Below are positions 39,343-49,701 of a DNA stretch of 64,000 nt, in pieces (position 1 is the stretch's first letter; every line of letters begins with the position of its first letter). The DNA comes from a virus, in IMG/VR virus record IMGVR_UViG_3300008450_000004, positions 1 to 64,000 of that record; one strand, written 5' to 3'. The position numbers were made by a program, and so were the translations under genes. The notes under the pieces were generated by a model. It was not told where the DNA came from. It made no database searches and saw only the letters and a list, made by a program, of their open reading frames with translations.

Positions 39343-40068
39343 ATGAAAAAGTTATATTTGTTAGATGTTATTGAAAAATACCATTTAGGTGGTTTAGTAG
39401 AACGTATTAAAATTTCTGTAAATAATAAAACATTAGAATCTAAATTTATCACTACTAATAAAAATTTAGTAGGAAACATAACTGCTCCTAATATTGAATT
39501 AAATGATTGTGAATTTGGTATTTATGATACTTCACAATTACTAAAATTAATAGGTATTACAGATGCTTTACTTAAGTTAAGTATTGAAAAACAAGGTAAA
39601 GTTTCTAACAAATTATTAATAGCAGATGCTGAATATAATTTAGAGTATGCTTTAGCGGATACAATGTTAACCCCTACGATTCCTACTTTTGATGAACCTC
39701 AATATGAGATGGAAGCGTTAATTAATAGAGAATTCATTGACAAGTTTGTTAAAGCTAAAAAAGCATTAACATCTGAAATATTTACTATATCTTCTGGTAC
39801 TGATTCATTATTGAATAATGCCTTACTGTTTAATTTAGGAGGTACAGAAGGATACACAAATAAAATTAATTTCCACATCCCGGCAGTTAAAACTACTGTT
39901 ATAGAAACACCAGTAAAATTTGCATTAGAAGAATTTAATGAGATTCTATTAGCTAATAAAGATTTAAAATCAGGAATATTATATGTTAGTGAGCAAGGAT
40001 TATTAAAAATAAATTTTGAAAATGAGGAAGGTGTAAAAGTTAGTTACGTCTTAGTAGGAAAAGAATAA
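39343..40068 (+). CDS. sliding clamp (gp45-like)
   Basis: FGIYDTSQLL and VSEQGLLKINF..SYVLV motifs; size and position next to polB. Confidence 0.8.
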   Translation: MKKLYLLDVIEKYHLGGLVERIKISVNNKTLESKFITTNKNLVGNITAPNIELNDCEFGIYDTSQLLKLIGITDALLKLSIEKQGKVSNKLLIADAEYNLEYALADTMLTPTIPTFDEPQYEMEALINREFIDKFVKAKKALTSEIFTISSGTDSLLNNALLFNLGGTEGYTNKINFHIPAVKTTVIETPVKFALEEFNEILLANKDLKSGILYVSEQGLLKINFENEEGVKVSYVLVGKE

Positions 40069-40099
40069 AAATTATATATTTATATACAAACACAAAGTT

Positions 40100-40504
40100 A
40101 TGAAAATTAAACCGTTACACAATCACGTTGTTATCAAACAACAAGACGAAACAGAAACAATGTATGGAAATATTATTGTTCCAGATGCTGGTAAAGAAAA
40201 AGCATTAATGGGTGAGGTAGTGGCTGTAGGCCCTGGTCTTATAAACATGAATGGAGTATTAATTCCTAACACAGTAGAAGTAGGACAAAAAGTATCATTC
40301 CCTGCATTTGGTGGACAAAAATTATCTATCCAAGGTGAAGATTTCCTTATTTATAAAGAGCAAGACATCTTTGCTGTTTTAGAAGGAAACTATTTACCAT
40401 ACAGACTTTCTCCAGAAACAATTGAGGAATTAGTTGGATTAAAAGAAACTGTTACTATCCCTAAAAACGAATATAATAAACTTACAAACAACAAATATGA
40501 GTAA
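40100..40504 (+). CDS. groES: co-chaperonin GroES with a C-terminal extension
   Basis: IKPLHNHVVI, GEVVAVGPG and EQDIFAV motifs. Confidence 0.9.
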   Translation: MKIKPLHNHVVIKQQDETETMYGNIIVPDAGKEKALMGEVVAVGPGLINMNGVLIPNTVEVGQKVSFPAFGGQKLSIQGEDFLIYKEQDIFAVLEGNYLPYRLSPETIEELVGLKETVTIPKNEYNKLTNNKYE

Positions 40505-42110
40505 AATAATCAGTTTTGATCGCGAAGCTAAAGAAAAGCTAAAGGCAGGTATTGACAAGGTCAATAAAGCTGTATCAGTAACAATGGGACCTTTTGGTCG
40601 TAATGTTTTAATTGAAAAAGAATATGGACAGGTATCATCTACTAAGGACGGTGTTACTGTAGCTAAAACAATCACATTGGAAGATCCAATTGAAAATATG
40701 GCAGCAACCGTTATTAAACAGGCTGCCCAAAAAACAGTTGATGCTGCTGGTGATGGTACTACGACTTCTACCGTTTTAGCGCATAATATTGCGACTCAAG
40801 CCTTAGAGGCAACGACTTACGCATCTACAAATGCTACGCAAATTAAACGCGGAATAGAGCAAGCTGTTAAAGAAGTAGTATCGGAATTAAAGAAAATATC
40901 AACCGATATTGTAGATGAAACACAAATTAAACAAATTGCTACATTATCAGCTAATGGTGATGAAGAAATAGGTAATTTAGTTGCTACCGCTTTAGAAAAA
41001 GTAGGCAGAGATGGTGTAGTAACAGTAGAAGAATCACGCTCAGGTGAAACATCACTTGAAGTAGTAGAAGGTTTACAATTTGATCGTGGTTACAAATCAC
41101 CATTCTTTGTTACTGATAATAATACAATGAATTCAGTATTAAATGATGCCCTATTATTAATAATCGATGGTAAAATTAATCAAGTTAAAGATTTATTACC
41201 TATTTTAGAATCAGTATCTCAACAACAAAAATCATTAATAATAATTGCTGAAGATTTCGGTGATGAGGTATTATCAACTTTAGTTGTAAATAAAATGAGA
41301 GGTATTTTAAAAGTAGTTGCGGTTAAGGCTCCTGATTTTGGAGACCGTAGAACTTTAATTTTAGAAGATATTGCTACTTTAACAGGAGGTAGTGTTGTAT
41401 CTCAGATTAAAGGTATGAAATTAGACAAATTTAATAAGGATTGGTTTGGTACTGCTCGTACAATAACTGTAGGAAAAGATACAACTACTATTGTTGATGG
41501 TAAAGGAGATGCTGATAAAATTGAGACTCGTATTTTAGAATTAAAAGCTCAAATTGATAAATCAAGTTCACCTTATGAAATTGAAAAATTACAAGAACGT
41601 TTATCTAAAATGGTAGGTGGTGTAGCAATTATAAACGTAGGTGGTGGAACTGAAATCGAAATGAAAGAGAAGAAAGATCGTTTAGATGATGCTTTACAAG
41701 CTACTAAAGCTGCTCTTGAAGAAGGTATCTTACCTGGTGCTGGTGTTGCTTTATTGCATGCTAGAAATGCTATTAATTTAGATGGAAAAGACGATAAAGC
41801 AAAAGGCGCACAAATTGTGTATAATGCATGTGCTGCTCCTTCTAAACAAATTTTAGCTAATGCCGGTGAAGATACTAACCAATGGTGGTTAAAATTATAT
41901 AACCAAGAACCATCGATGGTACCTGATTTAGTAAATAATACTACTGTTAATGCTTATGAATCAGGTATTATCGACCCAACTAAAGTAGTACGCTCAGCTA
42001 TTCAAAATGCAGCGGCCGCAGCAGTAACATTACTTATGACCGAATGTGTAATACACGACAAACCATCTGATAAAAAGGATAATAATCCTATGATGGATTT
42101 AGGAATGTAA
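40497..42110 (+). CDS. groEL: chaperonin GroEL
   Basis: GPFGRNV, TKDGVTVAK, GDGTTT, FDRGY and GIIDP motifs. Confidence 0.97.
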   Translation: MSKIISFDREAKEKLKAGIDKVNKAVSVTMGPFGRNVLIEKEYGQVSSTKDGVTVAKTITLEDPIENMAATVIKQAAQKTVDAAGDGTTTSTVLAHNIATQALEATTYASTNATQIKRGIEQAVKEVVSELKKISTDIVDETQIKQIATLSANGDEEIGNLVATALEKVGRDGVVTVEESRSGETSLEVVEGLQFDRGYKSPFFVTDNNTMNSVLNDALLLIIDGKINQVKDLLPILESVSQQQKSLIIIAEDFGDEVLSTLVVNKMRGILKVVAVKAPDFGDRRTLILEDIATLTGGSVVSQIKGMKLDKFNKDWFGTARTITVGKDTTTIVDGKGDADKIETRILELKAQIDKSSSPYEIEKLQERLSKMVGGVAIINVGGGTEIEMKEKKDRLDDALQATKAALEEGILPGAGVALLHARNAINLDGKDDKAKGAQIVYNACAAPSKQILANAGEDTNQWWLKLYNQEPSMVPDLVNNTTVNAYESGIIDPTKVVRSAIQNAAAAAVTLLMTECVIHDKPSDKKDNNPMMDLGM

Positions 42111-42111
42111 T

Positions 42112-42723
42112 ATGGAAATACATTATATTTGGATAGGGAACAATAATATACCTAAAAAATACATATCAAATTACCAAAAATGTGTTGAGTTAAACAAAGG
42201 TTTTAAATTCAATATATGGCAAACGGAAGATTGTTTAAAATTGGTAGAATATTATGATTTAGGGAACATATTTAGTTCCCTATCTTTTATAAGTAAATGT
42301 AATTTGTTAAAATACATAATACTTCAAAGATATGGAGGGATATACACTGATTTTGATATTGTATGGAAGCAACCATTTACTAAAATAATGAATAATTTTA
42401 ATTTTCCTAATGTTGATGTGGTATTAACATCTACAAATGAAAATACTTTAATAGATGATCCTTTTATAATAAGCAAACCTAATATTTTTGGTAGTTGTAT
42501 TACATACTGTAAAAATAGAATTAATTTAAAGTATGATGGTGAAATATATAAAAAAACAAAGCAATTAGTTGTACATTCTTTAGAACCTTTTGGTCCGTTT
42601 GGATTAACAGAATGGTTAAATGCCAATCGAATTAGTTATAGCTATTTTCCACAAGAAATGTTATTAAACAATAATGGGTTTTTAGGTGTTCATGAACAAA
42701 AAAGTATTTGGAAAGCAAAGTAA
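42112..42723 (+). CDS. GT32-like (DXD) glycosyltransferase
   Basis: IHYIWIG, YGGIYTDFD and PFGP motifs. Confidence 0.8.
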   Translation: MEIHYIWIGNNNIPKKYISNYQKCVELNKGFKFNIWQTEDCLKLVEYYDLGNIFSSLSFISKCNLLKYIILQRYGGIYTDFDIVWKQPFTKIMNNFNFPNVDVVLTSTNENTLIDDPFIISKPNIFGSCITYCKNRINLKYDGEIYKKTKQLVVHSLEPFGPFGLTEWLNANRISYSYFPQEMLLNNNGFLGVHEQKSIWKAK

Positions 42724-42738
42724 AAAATATTATATTTA
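42707..42738 (+). promoter_or_regulatory. Bacteroidota-type promoter
   Basis: TTTG-N20-TATATTTA upstream of the clamp loader. Confidence 0.6.
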
Positions 42739-42742
42739 CAAT

Positions 42743-43657
42743 ATGAAAAAAGTACATACACTTTGGGTTGAAAAATACCGTAGTCAAACATTAGATCAGT
42801 ATATTGGTAATGAAGAGATTAAAAATCGTATTTCTGATTGCATTACCTCTAATGATATTCCTCATTTTATATTTGCAGGAACAGCAGGTACTGGTAAAAC
42901 TACATTAGCTAAATTAATCGTTAATAATCTTAAATGTGATTATCTTTATTTAAATGCTAGTGATGAAAACGGCATAGATATGATCCGTGAAAAAGTAAAA
43001 GGCTTTGCATCATCAGCATCATTTAATCCTATTAAAATAATAATATTAGATGAAGCAGATTTTTTAACTCAACCAGCACAAGCCGCCTTACGTAATATAA
43101 TTGAAGAATATTCAATAAATACTCGTTTTGTATTAACTTGTAATTATATCGAGCGTTTAATTGAACCTCTTCAATCACGTTGTGAAATTCATAAATTAAT
43201 TCCTCCATCTAAAGGCGAAGTAGCAAAACACGTTTGCATTAATGTATTAGACATAGAAGAAATTACTTATAATATTAAAGATGTAGCTCAAGTAATTAAA
43301 CAACACTATCCAGATATTCGTTCTATTATTAAAAATTTACAAGCTAGTATTAAAGATAATAAGTTTATATTTACAGAAGCTAATATTAATTGGTGTAATA
43401 AAATTATAGAAGTACTACAAAAACCTACTAAAGATAGTTGGATAAATATGCGACAAATTGTATTAAACGCTCAGGTAGATGATTACCAACCATTAATTGA
43501 ACATTTATTTGAAAATATTAATGTATATGGTAAAGGTTATGAAGCTGAAATTACTATTGAATTAGATGAGGCTCAATGGAGATCAAGAACAGTACCTGAT
43601 AAAGAAATCAATATTGCCTCTTTATTAAGTAAAATATTAACAATATTAAAAAAATAA
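42743..43657 (+). CDS. clamp loader AAA+ subunit (gp44/RFC-like)
   Basis: LWVEKYR, GTAGTGKTT, LNASD, ILDEAD and SRC motifs. Confidence 0.94.
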   Translation: MKKVHTLWVEKYRSQTLDQYIGNEEIKNRISDCITSNDIPHFIFAGTAGTGKTTLAKLIVNNLKCDYLYLNASDENGIDMIREKVKGFASSASFNPIKIIILDEADFLTQPAQAALRNIIEEYSINTRFVLTCNYIERLIEPLQSRCEIHKLIPPSKGEVAKHVCINVLDIEEITYNIKDVAQVIKQHYPDIRSIIKNLQASIKDNKFIFTEANINWCNKIIEVLQKPTKDSWINMRQIVLNAQVDDYQPLIEHLFENINVYGKGYEAEITIELDEAQWRSRTVPDKEINIASLLSKILTILKK

Positions 43658-43735
43658 CATTTAATAAAAGGATAAACTATGTTCCTGTAAGAAATCGAAA
43701 TTTCATATATTTATATACGTAAACATATATAAAAT

Positions 43736-44428
43736 ATGAAAAAAACAACATTTATATACTTAATAAAATTATTAGATAATAAAGTATACATAGGAAAAAC
43801 TATAAATATAAAACATAGAGAATCGGCTCATAGAAAAACATTTGGTTCTATTATTAAATTAAATATCATAGATGAAATTGAATCTTTAGATCGTGAGGAC
43901 TGGAAGCCCTTAGAAATAAAATGGATTCAATATTATAAAGATTTAGGGTATGATGTTATAAATAAAAATAAAGGAGGAGGAGGTCCTGAATTTGTTAATG
44001 ATGATATAAGAAAAAAAATAGGATCTAAAAATAGATGTCCTAAACCTGATGGATTTGGAGGTAAACTATCTTTAGCTTTAAAAGGTAGGAAATTTAAAAC
44101 TAATTATGTTTGTACTGAAGAACATAAAGAAGCTATAAGAAAATCTAATAGTAAACCCAACACAGAAGAAACAAAACAGAAAATATCAAATTCATTATTA
44201 AGTAATGGTGGAAATAAAAGAATTAGCCAGAAAAAAAAAGAATGGTTTGAAAACAATAAACATCCATTACTTAGACAAGTAGTACAAATTAATCCTATTA
44301 GTAATAAAATAATTAAAATATGGAACTCTAGATCTGAATTGATAAATAATGGATATACAGGAATACAATATGCTTTAAGTAAAGAAAATCACATATATAA
44401 AAACTCACTTTGGAAATATAACAATTAA
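43736..44428 (+). mobile_element. GIY-YIG homing endonuclease (NUMOD3/NUMOD1)
   Basis: FIYLI..VYIGKT..R; NKNKGGGG; TEETKQKIS. Confidence 0.85.
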
Positions 44429-44435
44429 AAATAAA

Positions 44436-44666
44436 ATGGAAAATAATATTAATGTCTCATTAGACAAAACAACGGAAATTAAATGTAATCAGTGTAATAA
44501 TAATACATTTATTGATGGAGTTATGTTACGTAAAGTATCTAAATTTTTAGTTGGTTCTCCCCAAGATGCTTTAATACCAATCCAAATTATGATTTGTACT
44601 AAATGTCAAACCCCACTAGAAGAAACACTACCAATCCAGTTAAAACAATTACAAAACGCAGAATAA
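44436..44666 (+). CDS. Zn-ribbon protein
   Basis: CNQC and CTKC. Confidence 0.65.
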   Translation: MENNINVSLDKTTEIKCNQCNNNTFIDGVMLRKVSKFLVGSPQDALIPIQIMICTKCQTPLEETLPIQLKQLQNAE

Positions 44667-44905
44667 TGTTCTGGAGAAAATTAAAAATGATAAAAGCAGA
44701 ATTAGAACAAGAAGTAAAAATTTTAAGGCAATACGTAATCAATCTTAAAGCAGATAAAGATAATCTAACTAGCCAACTTCAACAGGCAGAGGGCCAACTT
44801 AAAATGATGTCATTATCTTTAGAATCCCTTAATGAGGAATTGAGAATGCGTAGATCACAAGAGGAAGTGGATAAAAGATTTAATGATGATTCAAAATATT
44901 ATTAA
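44666..44905 (+). CDS. coiled-coil hypothetical protein
   Basis: TAATG-coupled start at 44666; heptad pattern. Confidence 0.55.
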   Translation: MFWRKLKMIKAELEQEVKILRQYVINLKADKDNLTSQLQQAEGQLKMMSLSLESLNEELRMRRSQEEVDKRFNDDSKYY

Positions 44906-45294
44906 TGGAAGATAAAAAAATTACTATCTGGGATCATATTAAAAACATAACCGTTCAAAAAGGAGAATACTTAGGAGATGAAGGTTTTAATAATTGGATG
45001 TGTAACAGGATATTAAGTATGAATAGAGATTATTGTGAAGTAGTAAATTATATTCAAAAAAATACATGGCAGATAAAAGGTGAGTATTTATATAACTTAT
45101 ATAAAGATATTATTCCTACACAATATGTGTATTCAAAGTATATTAAAGCACAAAATAAAAAGGAATATAAGGAAGATATATTAGAAGCTGTACAATTATA
45201 TTTTGAGGTAAGTAAAAGAGAAGCTAAAGAATATATTGAAATGTTACCAGAAAACGAATTAAATAGTGTTGTATTACAAGTAAATGGAAAATAA
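44905..45294 (+). CDS. clamp loader small subunit (gp62-like)
   Basis: FNNWMCNRILS..Y..IP..YIK..YFEVSKREAKEY. Confidence 0.72.
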   Translation: MEDKKITIWDHIKNITVQKGEYLGDEGFNNWMCNRILSMNRDYCEVVNYIQKNTWQIKGEYLYNLYKDIIPTQYVYSKYIKAQNKKEYKEDILEAVQLYFEVSKREAKEYIEMLPENELNSVVLQVNGK

Positions 45295-45328
45295 ATAATT
45301 AAAAAATTTTAAAACATAATATAAAAAT

Positions 45329-45637
45329 ATGAGCGTTATAGGAGAATTTTGGGAAGAAAAAGTAAACAGAGAGTATATTCAAAAACCAGAAGATGCTATT
45401 ACTACATCGGTAATGGAAGATTTAAAACGTAGAGCTGATCTAGGTATTAAAAAATATGGTACTACTTTATCTTCTAATAATAACGATGATTTTATAAACC
45501 ATGCTTATGAAGAAGCACTTGATCTTGCTCAATATTTAAAAAAAGAAATGTCTATTATTCCTATATTGAAACAAACAATTAATCAATATCCTAATGATAT
45601 TGAATTAGGAAAAATAATCAGACAAATTTATGGCTAA
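45329..45637 (+). CDS. putative all-alpha nucleotide pyrophosphohydrolase (MazG-like)
   Basis: R...G.KKYG..L and HAYEEALD..QY (EExxD). Confidence 0.45.
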   Translation: MSVIGEFWEEKVNREYIQKPEDAITTSVMEDLKRRADLGIKKYGTTLSSNNNDDFINHAYEEALDLAQYLKKEMSIIPILKQTINQYPNDIELGKIIRQIYG

Positions 45638-46601
45638 ATATATTAAATCAAATACAGATTTTAATGGTTTACCTAAACCTAATAGAGTTAAATCTAAAAA
45701 CAAATTACCTTTATGGAAATTTATTCCTAAAGATATTGATTTCTCTTATCAAAAAGTAATATCATTTTCACAATATCAAACATATGAACAATGTAATTAC
45801 AAATGGTATAAACAAAGTGTAGAAAAGGTAATACCCTTTATTCCAAATATGAATCTAGTATTTGGTACAGCTATACATCATGTCTTTCAACATTATTTAA
45901 AAACAGGTTATGAGATTTCATTTACTGCGGCAGATAAAGAAGACATATTTGGTTTATTACAAACTAAATTAACAGAGGAATATCAAACTCAATACAAAAA
46001 ATATGGTAAACATTTTTCGAATCCTGAAGAAATGGCTGAGTTTTATGATGATGGTGTTGCTATATTAGAGTGGTTTAAGAAAAAACGTAAAATATATTTT
46101 TCTAGTAAAGGTTCTCAATTAGTAGGTATTGAAATGCCACTACAAAAAGAAATAAGTAAAAATGTAATATATCAAGGTTATATTGATTTAGTTATGTATG
46201 ATGAAGATTTAGATAAAGTAAAAATATATGATATAAAAACCTCTACTAAAGGTTGGAATAACTATGATAAGAAAAATGAATATAAAATAGCACAAGTATT
46301 ATTATATAAACAATTTTTTTCTGAATTATATTGTTATCCAATAGATAAAATTGATGTTGAATTCTTAATATTAAAACGTAAAGCAGAACCAAATGAATTT
46401 ACTGATTATCCTAAAAGAATACAAGAATTTAAACCAGCTAATGGTAAAATAAAACTTAAACAGAGTCAGGAAAGATTTAATAGTTTTGTTAAAAATTGTT
46501 TTGATAATAATGGCAAACCTATAGTTAAAGAACACACTAAAAACATAAGTAAATTATGTGAGTGGTGTCCTATAAATAATACTAATCTTTGTATAAAATA
46601 A
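45630..46601 (+). CDS. Cas4/RecB-like PD-(D/E)XK exonuclease
   Basis: SFSQ..C, FGTAIH, GYIDL, YDIKT, Q..Y and C-terminal CEWC..C. Confidence 0.85.
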   Translation: MAKYIKSNTDFNGLPKPNRVKSKNKLPLWKFIPKDIDFSYQKVISFSQYQTYEQCNYKWYKQSVEKVIPFIPNMNLVFGTAIHHVFQHYLKTGYEISFTAADKEDIFGLLQTKLTEEYQTQYKKYGKHFSNPEEMAEFYDDGVAILEWFKKKRKIYFSSKGSQLVGIEMPLQKEISKNVIYQGYIDLVMYDEDLDKVKIYDIKTSTKGWNNYDKKNEYKIAQVLLYKQFFSELYCYPIDKIDVEFLILKRKAEPNEFTDYPKRIQEFKPANGKIKLKQSQERFNSFVKNCFDNNGKPIVKEHTKNISKLCEWCPINNTNLCIK

Positions 46602-46651
46602 TTGTTGTTTTTGTATTTTTGTATATATTTATATACATCAAATATATAATT

Positions 46652-46858
46652 ATGAATAAAAATAAAGACATGGTACTAACTTCAGTAAAACTTCCAGAAA
46701 AGTTATTTGAAGATTTTAAAGTAAATTGCATTAAAAATAAATTTAGCATCCAAAAATTAACAGAAAGATCAATGTATTTATACATGACTAATCCTGAATT
46801 TAAAAAAGAAATACACAATGTTTTAGACACGTTTTTTACGGGTAGCTCAGAAAATTAA
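46652..46858 (+). CDS. small ribbon-helix-helix-like protein
   Basis: LTSVKLPEKLFEDFK..SIQKLTERSMYLY; start at the Met after the ATATTTAT motif. Confidence 0.55.
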   Translation: MNKNKDMVLTSVKLPEKLFEDFKVNCIKNKFSIQKLTERSMYLYMTNPEFKKEIHNVLDTFFTGSSEN

Positions 46859-46877
46859 TTAATAAAGTATATAAGTT

Positions 46878-48338
46878 ATGGAAAAAAAAGGTTATATCCC
46901 TAAGGATCAACGTAAAAAAATACTTCTTTTATGTGACGATATTAGAATGCACTCAGGTATTTCTACTATGGCTCGCGAATTAGTAGTAGGTACAGCCCAT
47001 GTATTTAATTGGGTTAATATTGGAGGAGCAATCCAGCACTCTGAAGCAGGTAAACGATTAGATTTAAGTGAGGATAGTAGTAAAATAACAGGAATTAAAG
47101 ATGCTAGTGTATTTTTATATCCAACAAATGGATATGGAGATCAATCATTAGTAACTCAAATTATGAATATTGAAAAGCCGGATGCATTAATGATATTTAC
47201 TGATCCTAGATATTGGGTTTGGTTATTCCAGATGGAACATGAGATTCGTATTAAAACTCCTATAATATATCTTAATATATGGGACGACTTACCTTATCCT
47301 ATGTATAATAAGTCGTTTTATGAGTCATGTGATGCTTTATTAGCTATAAGTAAACAAACAGAAAATATTAACAAAGTAGTATTAGGTGAATTAAGTAAAG
47401 ACAAAGTAATTAAATATGTACCTCATGGTATAAATGAAGACCATTTCTTCCCTATCACTACAGATAAACCAGAATACCTATCATTACAAGAATTTAAAAA
47501 ACGTTTATTTAATAATAAACAGTATGATTTTACTTTATTATATAACGCTAGAAATATTCGTCGCAAATCAGTTCCAGATCTAATGTTAGCATGGAAAATG
47601 TTTGTTGATGAATTACCAGAGGATAAAGCAAAGAAAACAGCATTTGTTTTACACACCCAAGCAATTGATGAAAACGGTACAGATTTAATAGCTGTAAAAG
47701 AAATGTTATTTGGAAACCATGATAAATACAATATTATATTTTCAAATCAAAAATTAGAAGTTAATGGAATGAATTTATTATACAATTCAGCAGATGCTAT
47801 TGCTTTAATAAGTTCAAATGAAGGATGGGGATTATCATTAACAGAAGCAATGATGTGTGGTAAACCAATTATAGCAACTGTTACAGGTGGTATGCAAGAT
47901 CAAATGCGTTTTGAAGACGAAAATGGTGAATGGATTAAGTTTACTGAAGAATTTGGCTCAAACCATAAAGGTAAATTTAAAAAACATGGTAAATGGGCGT
48001 TTCCTATATTCCCTAGCAATGTCAGCTTAATCGGCTCAGTTCCAACACCTTACATTTATGATGATAGAGCCCAACCAGAAGATGTAGCTACCGAAATACA
48101 AAAAATATATACTATTAAAACCAATTCTCCTGCGGAATATAATGAGATAGCTCAAGAGGCACGTAAGTGGGTGATTTCGGATGAATCGATGATGTCTGCG
48201 CGTTTAATGTGCAAAAATTTTATTGATGGGGTTAATGAAACATTTACTAAATGGACACCAAGAGAATTATTTTCATTCACTAAAGTAGAACAATTAGATC
48301 AACCAAAACATTACGTTAAACACCCAATTTCAAAATAA
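46878..48338 (+). CDS. GT-B (GT4-like) glycosyltransferase
   Basis: HSGI, RNIRRK and NEGWGLSLTEAMMCG motifs. Confidence 0.9.
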   Translation: MEKKGYIPKDQRKKILLLCDDIRMHSGISTMARELVVGTAHVFNWVNIGGAIQHSEAGKRLDLSEDSSKITGIKDASVFLYPTNGYGDQSLVTQIMNIEKPDALMIFTDPRYWVWLFQMEHEIRIKTPIIYLNIWDDLPYPMYNKSFYESCDALLAISKQTENINKVVLGELSKDKVIKYVPHGINEDHFFPITTDKPEYLSLQEFKKRLFNNKQYDFTLLYNARNIRRKSVPDLMLAWKMFVDELPEDKAKKTAFVLHTQAIDENGTDLIAVKEMLFGNHDKYNIIFSNQKLEVNGMNLLYNSADAIALISSNEGWGLSLTEAMMCGKPIIATVTGGMQDQMRFEDENGEWIKFTEEFGSNHKGKFKKHGKWAFPIFPSNVSLIGSVPTPYIYDDRAQPEDVATEIQKIYTIKTNSPAEYNEIAQEARKWVISDESMMSARLMCKNFIDGVNETFTKWTPRELFSFTKVEQLDQPKHYVKHPISK

Positions 48339-48348
48339 GAATAAAAAT

Positions 48349-49665
48349 ATGAATAAACCATTATTTGTTATATCATGCCCAATAGACTGCTATAGCGGAT
48401 ATTCAGCGCGCTCAAGAGACATCGTTAAAGCTTTACTAAAAACAAACAAATACGATATCAAAATTCTACCTCAGAGATGGGGTTCAACATCATTTGGATT
48501 TTTAAAAGCAGATAATCCTGAACATAAACAAATTCTAGATTGTATTTTACCTCAACCCCAGTTACCTAAACAACCTGATGTATGGATGCAAATTACAGTT
48601 CCAAATGAATTTCAAGCTGTAGGTAAATTTAATATAGGCGTAACCGCAGGTATTGAAACTACTATTTGTGATTCTAGTTGGATTGAAGGTTTAAATAGAA
48701 TGAATCTAAATTTAGTATCATCAGAACATGCTAAAGCAGTATTTAAAAATTCTAAATTTGAAGCTCGTAATCAACAAACAGGCCAAGTTGAAAAAGTAAT
48801 TGAACTAACATCACCGGTAGAGGTATTATTCGAAGGAGCAGATATTAATATCTATAAAAAGTTAGATACCTTGTCTGAGAATGATTTAACTCAAACATTA
48901 GATGCTATCCCTGAAAAGTTTGCTTTCTTATTTGTAGGACATTGGTTACAAGGTGCTTTAGGTGAAGATAGAAAAAATGTAGGAATGATGATTAAAACGT
49001 TTTTAGAAACATTTAAAAATATTAAAGACAAACCAGCATTAATTATAAAAACACAAGGAGCTACTGCATCTATTATAGATAAAAATGAAATACTAGATAA
49101 AATTAGACAAATACAAGCGTTAGTAGACAGTAAAGACTTACCTAATATATATTTGTTACATGGTATGTTTGATGATGAAGAAATGAATATGTTATATAAT
49201 CATCCAAAAATAAAAGCGCATGTAACCTTTACTAAAGGTGAAGGGTTTGGTCGTCCATTATTAGAAGCATCTATTTCAGCTAAACCAGTAATAGCTCCTA
49301 ATTGGAGTGGACATATAGATTTCTTACATAAAGATTTCTCAGTATTATTACCAGGTCAAGTAACTCAAATTCATCCATCTGCAGTAATACAAAATATGCT
49401 TATTCCGGAATCAGGTTGGTTTACAGTAGATTATAAAATAGTCTCTGACAATTTAAGAGATGTTCATAAAAACTATAAAAATTATGTTGAAGGAGCCAAA
49501 AGACAAGCGTATCATTCAAGAACAGAATTTAATTTGGATAAAATGGGTATTGCTTTGGATAATCTTACGGATAGTAAAATTCCTAAATTAACTGTTCTTA
49601 AACTTCCTACTCTTAAACGTATTGAGCTTCCCAAAACAGATAAAATTAAATCCCAAATCAAGTAA
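48349..49665 (+). CDS. GT-B (GT4-like) glycosyltransferase
   Basis: SGY, DRKN and GEGFGRPLLEA..WSGHIDF motifs. Confidence 0.9.
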   Translation: MNKPLFVISCPIDCYSGYSARSRDIVKALLKTNKYDIKILPQRWGSTSFGFLKADNPEHKQILDCILPQPQLPKQPDVWMQITVPNEFQAVGKFNIGVTAGIETTICDSSWIEGLNRMNLNLVSSEHAKAVFKNSKFEARNQQTGQVEKVIELTSPVEVLFEGADINIYKKLDTLSENDLTQTLDAIPEKFAFLFVGHWLQGALGEDRKNVGMMIKTFLETFKNIKDKPALIIKTQGATASIIDKNEILDKIRQIQALVDSKDLPNIYLLHGMFDDEEMNMLYNHPKIKAHVTFTKGEGFGRPLLEASISAKPVIAPNWSGHIDFLHKDFSVLLPGQVTQIHPSAVIQNMLIPESGWFTVDYKIVSDNLRDVHKNYKNYVEGAKRQAYHSRTEFNLDKMGIALDNLTDSKIPKLTVLKLPTLKRIELPKTDKIKSQIK

Positions 49666-49701
49666 AGTTAAATTTTTGTATATTTATTGTAAATAACAAT
49701 T

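Noticed and set aside
45630-46601. Cas4 as part of a CRISPR-Cas system
   Set aside because: No cas1, cas2 or array in the window; solo Cas4-like nucleases are common in phages
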